Shown here: piece after piece, positions 12,701 to 22,231 of the stretch
How the letters are laid out: the number at the start of each line of letters is the position of its first letter
Numbering within the stretch: position 1 is the first letter of the stretch
The notes under the pieces: generated by a model
The model's database searches: none
Seen by the model: only the letters and a program-made list of their open reading frames with translations
Told to the model about the DNA's origin: nothing
Program-made: the position numbers and the translations under genes
Assembly: GCA_002633005.1 (NCBI GenBank)
Contig: NMRA01000810.1
Span: forward strand, 62,001-126,000
Length of the DNA: 64,000 nt
Origin: Phoronis australis
Taxonomy: Eukaryota; Animalia; Phoronida
Reading direction: 5' to 3'

Positions 12701-15700
12701 TTTGAAATGGACTTACATGTATATCCATAAGAACGAAACTGTTTTTAAATGGTACTGCTGAAATGTTTCAAAATCTGGGATTCGAGGACACTCAAGATTT
12801 AAATAAAACACTGCTAATTGAAAAATAAATTATTTTTAATCTCGATTTATCCCTCTGTTTCGCTGTGTCTTGTTTTTATATCTTCCCGTAATTTGGCTGT
12901 CACCAGGAAAAAGTTTTGGATTTTGCACAGACACCTTCAAATCATGAGAGGTAGGGATCTTTCCACATGTCTGATACAGAGGCAGTGAATTAAATAGCTC
13001 TGCAAATGGGCCAATCCTAACAGCTTACCTTTCGTCTTCCTCATGTCATTTTCTTCGAGTGTAATCGACAGTCCAATCTGGTCTTCTAATGGCCATCCAG
13101 TGCTGTGTTCTGGAGAATCACCTACTGAACATGGCTCGACGGCAAACTGCACTTCTGTTGTTCCCACCAAAATGTCGTCACAGATTCCATCGACTGTCGC
13201 AGAGAATGTTCATCGTTAGCACTTTCAATGAATTGTTTCATCATACCACACGAATTAGAGGAAAGGTTTCGGAAATATCTTGCACTTAATGTAATTTTTC
13301 ACGCAAATGTCACGTCTCGTGCCAATTGACCTATCGCCAGGATTTTGACTGTCGGCTAAACTGACTAATCAGAACGCAGCATTTTTGACACACCTTCGTC
13401 TGCGTTTCCAATCTTCTATTTTATTCGACAAATAACACGTTGTCGGATAGAGATAATTTTAGTCTATGGCTCAGCAAATTGTGTAATACGAATGGTGAAA
13501 CGGTGTTGCTATGGCGTGTGTAATTCCGACAGTCGTTATGCAGCTCGAAAAGAATATCCCGTCATTTTTGGATATTCCATAAGACGAAAAATGATGTCGA
13601 AAGTTGTAAACGATGGATCCAACTGTTCCGACGGCCACACGAGCAGCTGAATTTGATTAATCTAAGGCTAAACAAAACTATATTTGTTCTAAGGTACGTA
13701 CATTTCAGTTTGATGGCAATAGTGTAGGCCTATCTGAATTTGACCCCTTAGTTTCAATCGTCTAGCCGCCTTTGTCTCAACACCCACTGCACCAATTACG
13801 GCTAATTCCGTGCAATAACTTGACTTTAAAGCACCCCTGGACCTACCTGAGCTAGCTGTTTGCCTAGGGCAACATGAGTGTGCATGTGAGCTATGAATCT
13901 AAGTTTTTAAAGAAAGTATTTTGCTCGAAAGGTTAGAAAAGCATAAACGGTGTACCGATTCAACCTACTTCTGGCTTTACACACGGAATCTTATGTAAAT
14001 TTCATTTGGTGAAATTTAGCAGACGGCAGGATAAAAATATCCGTGAATCTTCATTGATTTCGTTCAAAATATACTGCTCTTCGAAAAGCTTTGCCTATTG
14101 AACCCAAAGCAAGTGTCGGCATACTTGTACATTTTAGCCTATATGAATGTTTAGCGTGACGTCATTTTGACTTCATGACGTTTTGAACCCAGTGTGACGG
14201 CATGTCTATTCATATTTTCGGGTCCAACTTGTGTCAACTACAGCCATAACACGTCATCACCAAACACCCGAATACTCAGTTATGTATACATTTAAGGATT
14301 GGTTTGTTAAAGACTGGAGTGCAAGAACTCGTTAGGCCTTTAAGTAAAGATTAATTTAACAGAAGTAGACGTGTCAGGGGTTTGAAGCGTGCACCGTTGC
14401 CGAGCCGGCTTAAACGTGAGCTGCGTTGTAGAAATGGAAGCACAACGCGTCAAACTTGAACTTGTTGCAAGGTCAATGATTGTGCTACAATTTTCCGACT
14501 TATTCACCCTTTTTGTACGCTCATATATTTTTTGAAGAAATGCTGCAGTGCTAAAGCTTATGACATATTTTTCCGGTACAATGCAAGTCGTTATCGGGTC
14601 TATCCGTGCACCGTGGCACCACAGGACGGATCTGCATATCGGCAATTGAGACAAAGTTTCATCAATTCAATTTCAAACACTTTTACTGTAGGTGATGGAA
14701 ATTCACCATCAGCATTTAAACATGTCTCGATAAGACTTTCTAAATTGAAAAACGCTCTCCTCTGTGGGTTATACTTGTCGAGCACAGGATTGGCAAGTTA
14801 ATAAAAAAACTGATAGCTGAATTTGAACAATCTTCGGAGAGCGTGACACAATGTACATGTACATACCGGTATACATGTATATCGTTTGTTCGCAATAGAA
14901 TTGTTTAGACCTCTGCAAGAAGTTGGATGATCAGCTTTTTCAAGAAAATTTTCTTTAACAGTGTTCTGGGGACTGTTTTGGGAAAATCACTCCTTGTAAA
15001 GTAAACAATATCTTGGAGAAAATATAATTTTTACACACAAAAGTTAATCCATATAGGACCACGAGCTGCTACCCACAAAAACACAATGCCAACAGCCTTA
15101 GTTTTAGTTCTTGTGATGAATATACATATTTGATGTCATTGCAACCTACATGTAGCTTCATTGAATCAGTAAAGTTATGGCACACCTTGCACCAGGCCAA
15201 CCAACTTATTTGTGTTAGTTGTCATGGCAACATTTTAAGGATTTTCAAAATAGCTCTTCAGGTTTTGACATACAAAAAATAAATTTGGGAACTCTATTGT
15301 ACTAGATGCAGACAACCTTTATGTGGCTAAAACTATTTCAATTTTCCGGACTTGCTTTTTAGTGTATTAGTTATGGTACACTTGTAATAGTTGATGTTGT
15401 CTTTTCTTCAGCTTGTTCACATTCTTTGAAATATTGTTCGCCGGTGGTGTGCAGCTTATTGTATTACAAGTACTTTCCCATGTAATCGGTGCATTTTCAA
15501 GTATTCGGATATAGGTAGGACCTACTGTAAAATGCTTTGAGCATGTGTGCATGCCTTCTGACATGAGTGTTTTCAAGTCTAGAAGTGCTAATCTTGGCCG
15601 TGAACAAATTAGCTCCCATATGTTTAATTAGAAAATTCAAGTCTCTTTGTATGGTTTTCATTCATCGTACATGTACATGTATATGATATGGCTCTCGTCC

Positions 15701-18700
15701 TGATTTTGAATAGTCACGATGACAACCTTGCATATTTCAGCTTCGCGATAGTTCAACGAGGGTCACTGTAACTATTTGGCCAGTGGTTGATCTTGCGATA
15801 GAAACAACAAAATTGTTGATAGTGGCATGCTAACTCTTGAGTTCACCCTGCCAGTTTAAGTACAATGCAAGATCATTATATCTAAGCTTACATTTCAAGA
15901 TACGAGAAGACGCTACTTGGTGTGAACATGCCATGTTGACTGAAAAGAGACGACGTGGCAATCTGAGCTGAGCAACCTTTGCTTCAAGTACTGGTTTAGG
16001 CCATGAATAAAGTTGGTTATAGTCTTAACACTAGTCATGTTGAGATATGTGGGTCATGAAAAAACAACCGTTGGTATCAATAACAGCCACGGTTTCGTGT
16101 TTTTTAAGCTGCTCAAAGACACGTAAAGAAAATAAAGCAAAGTTTGAAAATACCTGTCTAAACACAAATATTAAATATACCATAACAATGTCAACAATTG
16201 TGTTTTGATTTGGGCCACTTTAACGCCAATTTGTAATAATTGTAGAAATAGGAAATGCAGCACTTACTTCTAGAAGAGTGGTACCGATTCGTGGACGCGT
16301 AATTTGCCCACACTGCTTCAATTGGACCCGGATTCCTACACGGTTGCCCGTTGATGAGAAAGAACCAATAAATGCACGCGTTCCTCGAACTAAGAACGCC
16401 TCGAAATTGCACGTGCAGTGACGTGTGGTTTAGTTTCTTCTCATACTTTAAGTTCTGCAAATATTAATAATAGTCGGTTTCACAGTTTTATTATTGTTAA
16501 TATGATATTCACTTTCCGAAAAACAAATGCCACATGCATTGTATTATCCCAGTCAGTGCTGCAGCTTGTCAAGAGGCATGTAAGCGTGCTTTCTACAATA
16601 GTAAAATAATTATCGACACGGTGGAGAACTCTTTGCAAGCGAACAAAACGCGTTTAAAGATGCATGGAACACAAAAACTTGTAAAAATATCTTTGTAACA
16701 GATCGTGACGAATCTACTTCTTGGAGATGCTGGAGGGTTGTTATCTCTGAATACTGCAAGAATCTCCTGAAAAATCGCCAGATTCACTTTTTTTGAAACA
16801 CAGGCGTAACAGTTGATTTCTTTCATCCTAATACAGTTTTCTGCATATTATATACGCGCGCATGCGCTTAAAGAAGTCGGACTCGCTGCTGCTTGAAATT
16901 GCCATTCTTTTGTTTACGTCCAATGGTTAAACGTGAAGGAGAGGGATGGAGAGGGAGAGAGATAGGGAGAGGGAGAGGTCAATCGTCACATTTTCCATAT
17001 GAGGGATATGTGTCACGTCTATATCTTGCCATACCAAATAAGACGTGCTTTGCCGTGTTAGAGAAAAATCAACAAAGTTACGAGCAGGTGACAGAACCAA
17101 TCTTATGAAATTTAAAATTAAAGTAAAATGTTTTATCATCAACAGAAATTGAAAATCTTAACCAGCAAACTGTTACAATACCTGGAGACCAGTTTAACTT
17201 AAGTTTCAGTGGCGGAGAACTCTGAATAATGCCGTTCAGACTATTTTTCTCGTCCTACACTGTACGCCCCTTTAAGGAAAGGTTTTACTTCGGACAGCGA
17301 CTTCACAAAACTTCAGTTAAACTGTTATGCCTAGAAAACATTAGGTCGAACGAGGCGTTGTTGTTTAGCAATAGCATCGTGTAGATACTGCTGTTGCATT
17401 TTGAGCTTATGCTTTACATGTAGACGTACTGTGCTAGTACACTTATTGCCGATGAACTACATTCGTTTGGTTTTGCTTATCACACCAAATCTTCCGCAAA
17501 GTAAACGTAGGATACGTGTATAGTGTAGTTATGTATACAAAATACGAACCATAAGAATCTCCGATCTCTTGGTTGAATAGAAACCAGGGTAATAAAAGTG
17601 TTGGACGTTGGTGGCGCCAGTGTCCGTACACCTCTCTGTGGTCTCTGAAAACAACAGTAAAAGGACATGATGTACTACTTGCATGATAAGGCCGCTAGGT
17701 GGTGACACAGGGGACACGCTATGCAAGGGCTAGAGGTTTTAAATCTGCAGCCTGGCCATCGGACTTTCTTTTAAACATACGGCAGTGTACCTGTAATTGT
17801 TTTTCGTAATTGCCACACTATTTTTTAGTATTAATGAGAATTAAATAATAGGGATGGAATAGGGGTGAAAACAAGTTTTAAACAAAAGCCAATGAAATAA
17901 ATTTGTAATTTTTTTGAATGCGGAAAGTTTTGCATTCATTTACTTATTCATTTGCATGAGATACAGAAAATGCTATGAATGGGTATGAGATAAAACCTAA
18001 ATCCTAATAAAATAATCTTACCAGTGACTGTGCAGTTCGAAGTGTAGAAGTCCCAGTCCAGGTCGTCCACCAAATTCGGCGAGTCGAGACACGGAAAAAG
18101 TCGACACATATTGCTAACCCTGTTGACATTGAAAGTGAAACAATCGNATACAGGTTTCATGCAAGATGAGTAACATTTACTTTCTTATTTTATACAATTT
18201 TTCACGTTCCAAGCCACTTTAACAGAAGTAGACGTGTCAGGGGTTTAAAGCGTGCACCGTTGCCGAGCCGGTTTAAACGTGAGCTGCTTTCTAGAAATGC
18301 AAGCACAACGCGTCAAACTTGAACTTGTTGCAAGGTCAATGATTGTACTACAATTTTCCGACTTTTTTCACCCTTTTTGTACGCTCATATAATGTTTGAA
18401 GATATGCTGTTAAAGCTTATGACATATTTTTCCGGTACAATGCAAGTCGTTATCGGGTCTATCCCAAGATGCACCGTGGCACCACAGGACGGATCTGCAT
18501 ATCGGCAATTGAGACAAAGTTTCATAAAATCGATTTCAAGCACTTTTACAGTAGGTGATGGAAATTCACCATCAGCATTTAAACATGTCTCGATAAGGCT
18601 TTCTAAATTGAAAAACGCTCTACTCTGTGGAATATACTTGTCAAGCACAGGACTGACAAGTTAATAAAAAACCTGATAGCTGAATTTGAACAATCTTCGG

Positions 18701-21700
18701 AGAGCGTGACACAGTGTACATGTACATACCGGTATATATCATTTGTTCGCAATTAGAATTGTTTAGGCCTCTGCAAGAAGTTGGATGATCAGCTTTTTCA
18801 AGAAACTTTTCTTTAACAATGTTCTGGGGACTGTTTTGGGAAAATCACACCTTGTAAAGTAAACAATATCTTGGAGAAAATATAATTTTTATACACAAAA
18901 GTTAATCCAAATAGAACCACGAGCTGCTACCCACAAAAACACACACACTGCCAACAGCCTTAGTTTTAGTTCTTGTGATGAATATGCATATTCGATGTCA
19001 TTGCAACCTAGCTTCATTGAATTAGTAAAGTTATGGCACACCTTGCACCAGGCCAACCAACTTATTTGTGTTAGTTGTCATGGCAAGATTTTAAGGATTT
19101 TCAAAATAGCTCTTCAGGTTTTGACATACACATTAAATAAATTTGGGAACTCTAGATGCAGACAACCTTTATGTTGCTAAAACTATTTAAAATTTCCGGA
19201 CTTGCTTTTTAGTGTATTAGTTATGGTACACTTGTAATAGTTCATGTTGTCTTTTCTTCAGGTTGTTCACTTTCTTTGAAATATTGTTCGCCGGTCGTGT
19301 GCAGCTTATTATATTACAAGTACAGTACTTCCCCATGTAATCGGTTCATTTTCAAGTGTTCGGTTATAGGTAGGACCTACTGTAAAATGCGTTGAGCATG
19401 TGTGCATGCCTTCTGACATGACTGTTTTCAAGTCTAGAAGTGCTAATCTTGGCCGTGAACAGATTAGCTCCCATATTTTTAATTAGAAAATTCAAGTCTC
19501 TTGGTAAGGTTTTCATTCATCGTACATGTACGTACAGTTATGATATGGCTCTCGACCTGATTTTGAATAGTAACGATGACAACCTTGCATATTTCAGCTT
19601 CGCGATAGTTCAACGAGGGTCACTGTAACTATTTGGCTAGTGATTGATCTTGCGAGAAAAACAACAAAGTTGTTGATAGTGGCATGCTAACTCTTGAGTT
19701 CACCCTGCCAGTTTTAGTAAAATGCAAGATCCTTATATCTAAGCTTACATTTCAAGATACGAGAGGACGCTACTTGGTGTGAACATGCCATGTTGACTGA
19801 AAAGAGACGACGTGGCAATCTGAGCTGAGCAAACTTTGCTTCACGTACTGGCTTAGGCCATGAATAAAGTTGGTTATAGTCTTTTTAGAGTTAACACTAG
19901 TCATGTTTAGATATGTGGTTCATGAAAAAACAACCGTCGGTATTAATAACAGCCAAGGTTTCGTGTTTTTTAAGCTGCTCAAAGACACGTAAAGAAAATT
20001 AAGCAAAATTTGAAAATACCTGTCTAAACACAAATATTAAATATACCATAACATTGTCAATAATTGTGTTTTGATTAGGGACACTTTAACGCCAATTTGT
20101 AATAATTGTAGAAACAGGAAATGCAGCACTTACTTCTAGAAGAGTGGTACCGTTTCGTGGTCGCGTAATTTGCCCACACTGCTTCTATTGGACCCGGATT
20201 CCTACAAGGTTGCCCGTTGATGAGAAAGGACCAACGAGTGCACGCGTCCCTCGAACTAAGAACGCCTCGAAATTGCACGTGCAGTGACGTGTGGTTTAGT
20301 TTCTTCTCGTACGTTAACTTCTGCAAATATTAATAATAGTCGGTTACACAAATATGCTATTCACTTTCCGAAAAACAAATGCCACATCCATTGTATTATC
20401 CCAGTCAGTGCTGCAGCTTGTCAAGAGGCATGTAAACGTGCTTTCTACAATAGTAAACTAATTATCGAAACGGCTGAGAACTCTTTGCAAGCGAACAAAA
20501 CGCGTTTAAAGATGCATGGAACACAAAAACTTGTAAAAAATATCTTTGTAACAGATCGTGACGAATCTACTTCTTGGAGATGCTGGAGGGTTGTTAACTC
20601 TGAATACTGCAAGAATCTCCTGAAAAATCGCCAGAATCACTTTTTTTAAACACAGGCGTAACAGTTGATTTCTTTCATAATAATACAGTTTTCTGCATAA
20701 TATTATATACGCGCGCATGCGCTTAAAGAAGTCGGACTCGCTGCTGCTTGAAACTGCCATTCTTTTGTTTACGTCCAATGGTTAAACGTGAAGGAGAGGG
20801 ATGGAGAGGGAGAGAGATAGGGAGAGGGAGAGGTCAATCGTCACATTTTCCATATGAGGGATATGTGTCACGTCTACAGTATATCTTGCCATACCAAATA
20901 AGACGTGCTTTGCCGTGTTAGAGAAAAATCGAAAAGTTACGAGCAGGTGAAATTTAAAATTAAAGTAAAGTGTTTTATAATCAACAGAAATTGAAAATCT
21001 TAACCAGCAAACTGTTACAATACCTGGAGACCAGTTTAACTTAAGTTTCAGTGGCGGAGAACTCTGAATAATGCCGTTCAGACTATTTTTCTCGTCCTAC
21101 ACTGTACGCCCCTTTAAGGAAAGGTTTTAGTTCGGACAGCGACTTCACAAAACTTCAGTTAAACGGTTATGCCTAGAAAACATTAGGTCGAACGAGGCGT
21201 TCTTGTTTAGCAATAGCATCGTGTAGATACTGCTGTTGCATTTTGAGCTTATGCTTTACATGTAGACGTATTGTGCTAGTACACTTATTGCCGATGAACT
21301 ATTCGTTTGGTTTTGCTTATCACACAAAATCTTCCAGAAAGTAAACGTAGGATACGTGTATACTGTAGTAATGTATGCAAAATACGAACTATAAGAATCT
21401 CCGATCTCTTGGTTGAATAGAAACCAGGGTAATAAAAGTGTTGGACGTTGGTGGCGCCAGTGTCCGTACACCTCTCTGTGGTCTCTGAAAAGAACATTAA
21501 AAGGACATGATGTACTACTTGCATGATAAGGCCGCTAGGTGGTGACACAGGGGACACGCTATGCAAGGGCTAGAGGTTTTAAATCTGCAGCCTGGCCATC
21601 GGACTTTCTTTTAAACATACGACAGTGTACCTGTAATTGTTTTTCGTAATTGCCACACTATTTTTTTAGTATTAATGAGAATTAAATAATAGGGATGGAA

Positions 21701-22160
21701 TAGGGGCGAAAACAAGTTTTAAACAAAAGCCAATGAAATAAATTTGTAATTTTTTTGAATGCGGAAAGTTTTGCATTCATTTACTTATTCATTTGCATGA
21801 GATACAGAAAATGCTATGAATGGGTATGAGATAAAACCTAATTCCTAATAAAATAATCTTACCAGTGACTGTGCAGTTCGAAGTGTAGAAGTCCCAGTCC
21901 AGGTCGTCCACCAAATTCGGCGAGTCGAGACACGGAAAATGTCGACACATATTGCTAACCCTGTTGACATTGAAAGTGAAACAATCGTCGTCGAGGAGAC
22001 ACGCATCTCCACACGTCAGCCGAGAAGCAGCGATGACATTTTTGGCAGTTTCATCGATGATCCTCTTTGACTTGACACGATTGTATGTTCGCTGTCTGTC
22101 AAAGGAACTGACTTGGAAAACGCAAGCTGCAAAAAGACATAAACGTAAAAAGTTACACAT
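596..22160 (-). CDS. Spliced gene, copy 1: secreted PAN/apple + tandem CTHRC1-C-terminal-domain protein, 3'-incomplete at the window edge. Exons 22160-21863, 21484-21390, 20320-20134 (or duplicates 17644-17550, 16454-16268), 13193-13029, 11351-11266, 10938-10737, 745-596
   Basis: All seven exons have canonical splice sites, and their phases chain into one open frame of 394 codons (ATG..1, 1-0, 0-1, 1-1, 1-0, 0-1, 1-1). Motifs match the CTHRC1 C-terminal domain as recalled from memory (F.K....S.LRV.F.G..., W.F.FNG..C..P.PIE, V.G.C.G...G, TGW...SR.IIEE). No database search was run. Confidence 0.85.
1583..3676. mobile_element. Two tandem or nested Helentron-associated (HINE/DINE-1-like) non-autonomous elements
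   Basis: Units start ACTAGAAAGATT at 1583 and 2688. They show the subterminal IR ACTCTGCGCGTG, internal TGACCTTTGACC core repeats, a GAAGAATAA microsatellite and the terminal hairpin ACTCTGCGC-TTACAC-GCGCAGAGT. The element is absent at the homologous site (about 46914), with no clear TSD. Confidence 0.7.
3335..3680. repeat. Six tandem copies (56-71 bp) of the HINE terminal hairpin unit
   Basis: GAAAACCCAGGAACAACAGTACTCTGCGCTTACACGCGCAGAGTAATAA is repeated. The fifth copy lacks one hairpin arm. Confidence 0.9.
4751..4985 (+). pseudogene. Degenerate THAP zinc-finger coding relic (transposon-derived), frameshifted
   Basis: MPDCCVVGGC...HKYPTDPKLRCKW...SVVCSEH fits the THAP pattern C-x4-C...P...W...C-x2-H. 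Confidence 0.7.
6283..6559. repeat. Near-perfect 138-bp tandem duplication
   Basis: GCGGGTGAAAGCC...CTCATGATTTCAT at 6283-6420 and 6421-6559. Confidence 0.9.
6766..6926. repeat. About 160-bp imperfect palindrome (end of a non-autonomous element, Crypton-like, tentative)
   Basis: TAGATTATTA..GTCGTTATCCCCC..TTATCTAGAGCCC..GTGGATTTT..GAATTATC is mirrored around GGGGCGTTAGCCCC. Confidence 0.75.
7441..7515 (+). mobile_element. tRNA-derived SINE head (degenerate A and B boxes)
   Basis: TGGTGTAGTGG (A box) and GAGTTCGCCTCC (B-box-like). It does not fold as an intact cloverleaf. Similar relics lie at about 5832-5876 (-) and 28838-28905. Confidence 0.5.
7640..9845. repeat. Inverted repeat pair of about 150 bp (7640-7785 and 9680-9845), also present in the duplicate (about 48820-48965 and 50800-50970)
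   Basis: CCGGTGTGCCGGAAACC...AGTTACCATT.CAATCTCGCGAAAGT.TCCGTT.GCGAGACT occurs together with its reverse complement. Confidence 0.75.
10326..10466 (+). mobile_element. Short GC-rich MITE (CATGGGCGGCGCAG... family)
   Basis: A reverse-orientation homologue lies at 57143-57288. The motif AGCACTGAAAAAGTGG is repeated internally. Confidence 0.6.
10737..10938 (-). CDS. Exon 6 (C2): core of domain 2 (SHEFEKRAGDTAVRVIFLAGAFMVFGTLPGWGRWTIHFNGSACTDPGPVDGILEIKETVFMVDGTNG)
   Basis: Acceptor TCTTATTCAG, donor G|GTAAGC, 202 nt, phase 0 to 1. Contains RW...FNG..C..PGP. Confidence 0.87.
11266..11351 (-). CDS. Exon 5 (B2): linker and start of domain 2 (GTCPSHARFNVQQKTWSWRGNAGKDVTLW)
   Basis: Acceptor TTTCTTTTCAG, donor TGG|GTAGGA, 86 nt, phase 1 to 0. 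NVQQKTW aligns with NYKQCSW. Not in the ORF track. Confidence 0.78.
13029..13193 (-). CDS. Exon 4 (D1): end of CTHRC1-like domain 1 (IDGICDDILVGTTEVQFAVEPCSVGDSPEHSTGWPLEDQIGLSITLEENDMRKTK)
   Basis: Acceptor CTGCGACAG, donor G|GTAAGC, 165 nt, phase 1 to 1. Contains DG.C, STGW and terminal LEE motifs. Confidence 0.85.
13425..14075 (+). mobile_element. Decayed THAP-encoding DNA transposon fragment (a different THAP family)
   Basis: From 13492 it reads MVKRCCYGVCNSDSRY...CKRWIQLFRRPHEQLN...YICSK, with frameshifts. Homologous to 29163-29825. Confidence 0.65.
16268..16454 (-). CDS. Duplicate or allelic copy of exon 3 (C1': NLKYEKKLNHTSLHVQFRGVLSSRNACIYWFFLINGQPCRNPGPIEAVWANYASTNRYHSSR)
   Basis: Intact splice sites, 187 nt, open frame, 8 amino-acid differences from 20134-20320. 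Confidence 0.85.
17550..17644 (-). CDS. Duplicate or allelic copy of exon 2 (B1')
   Basis: Same splice sites and length as 21390-21484. The last codon is ATG instead of ATA. Confidence 0.75.
18022..18146 (-). CDS. Duplicate, 5'-truncated copy of exon 1 (PAN 3' half), cut at the single-N contig join
   Basis: Near-identical to 21863-21987, with one H/L change. It ends exactly at the N at 18147. Confidence 0.75.
20134..20320 (-). CDS. Exon 3 (C1): core of CTHRC1-like domain 1 (KLTYEKKLNHTSLHVQFRGVLSSRDACTRWSFLINGQPCRNPGPIEAVWANYATTKRYHSSR)
   Basis: Acceptor ATTTGCAG, donor A|GTAAGT, 187 nt, phase 0 to 1. Contains the W.F..NG..C..PGPIEA motif. Confidence 0.88.
21390..21484 (-). CDS. Exon 2 (B1): linker and start of CTHRC1-like domain 1 (ETTERCTDTGATNVQHFYYPGFYSTKRSEILI)
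   Basis: Acceptor TTCTTTTCAG, donor ATA|GTTCGT, 95 nt, phase 1 to 0. NVQH aligns with NYKQ of CTHRC1. Confidence 0.75.
21863..22160 (-). CDS. Exon 1: signal peptide + PAN/apple domain (MCNFLRLCLFAACVFQVSS-FDRQRTY...TCGDACLLDDDCFTFNVNRVSNMCRHF...DWDFYTSNCTVT)
   Basis: ATG at 22160, hydrophobic 19-aa leader, C-x3-C-x5-C-x2-FN-x7-C PAN-type spacing, and donor CTG|GTAAGA (phase 1). Confidence 0.85.
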
Positions 22161-22193
22161 TATTGTGTCAGGCTAATGGGAAGCCTTTTGCAG

Positions 22194-22231
22194 GAATGAT
22201 ACACCTACCTATTTGGTTTCCTATATATATA
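22194..22231 (-). promoter_or_regulatory. Core promoter: TATA box plus initiator
   Basis: Minus-strand TATATATATA at 22231-22222 lies about 30 nt upstream of the Inr-like TCATTC (A at 22197), which is about 37 nt before the ATG. Confidence 0.55.

Larger units (their letters stand above)
14355..21987. repeat. About 3.8-kb direct tandem duplication (14355-18146 and 18218-21987), probably uncollapsed haplotypes
   Basis: Colinear and roughly 95% identical by eye. The junction coincides with the single N at 18147. Confidence 0.9.

Noticed and set aside
14340-16000. ORFs conserved between the tandem copies (MLDKY.PQ.RAFFNLESLIETCL...)
   Set aside because: The conservation only reflects the recent duplication, and the frames differ by a frameshift between copies. 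Possibly decayed retroelement sequence, with no recognisable domain.
16268-21484. Dscam-like mutually exclusive exon array
   Set aside because: The duplicated B1/C1 exons sit in a block that ends at a single-N join and includes a broken exon 1, which is better explained as uncollapsed haplotypes. The other C-type exons each have their own B and D partners.
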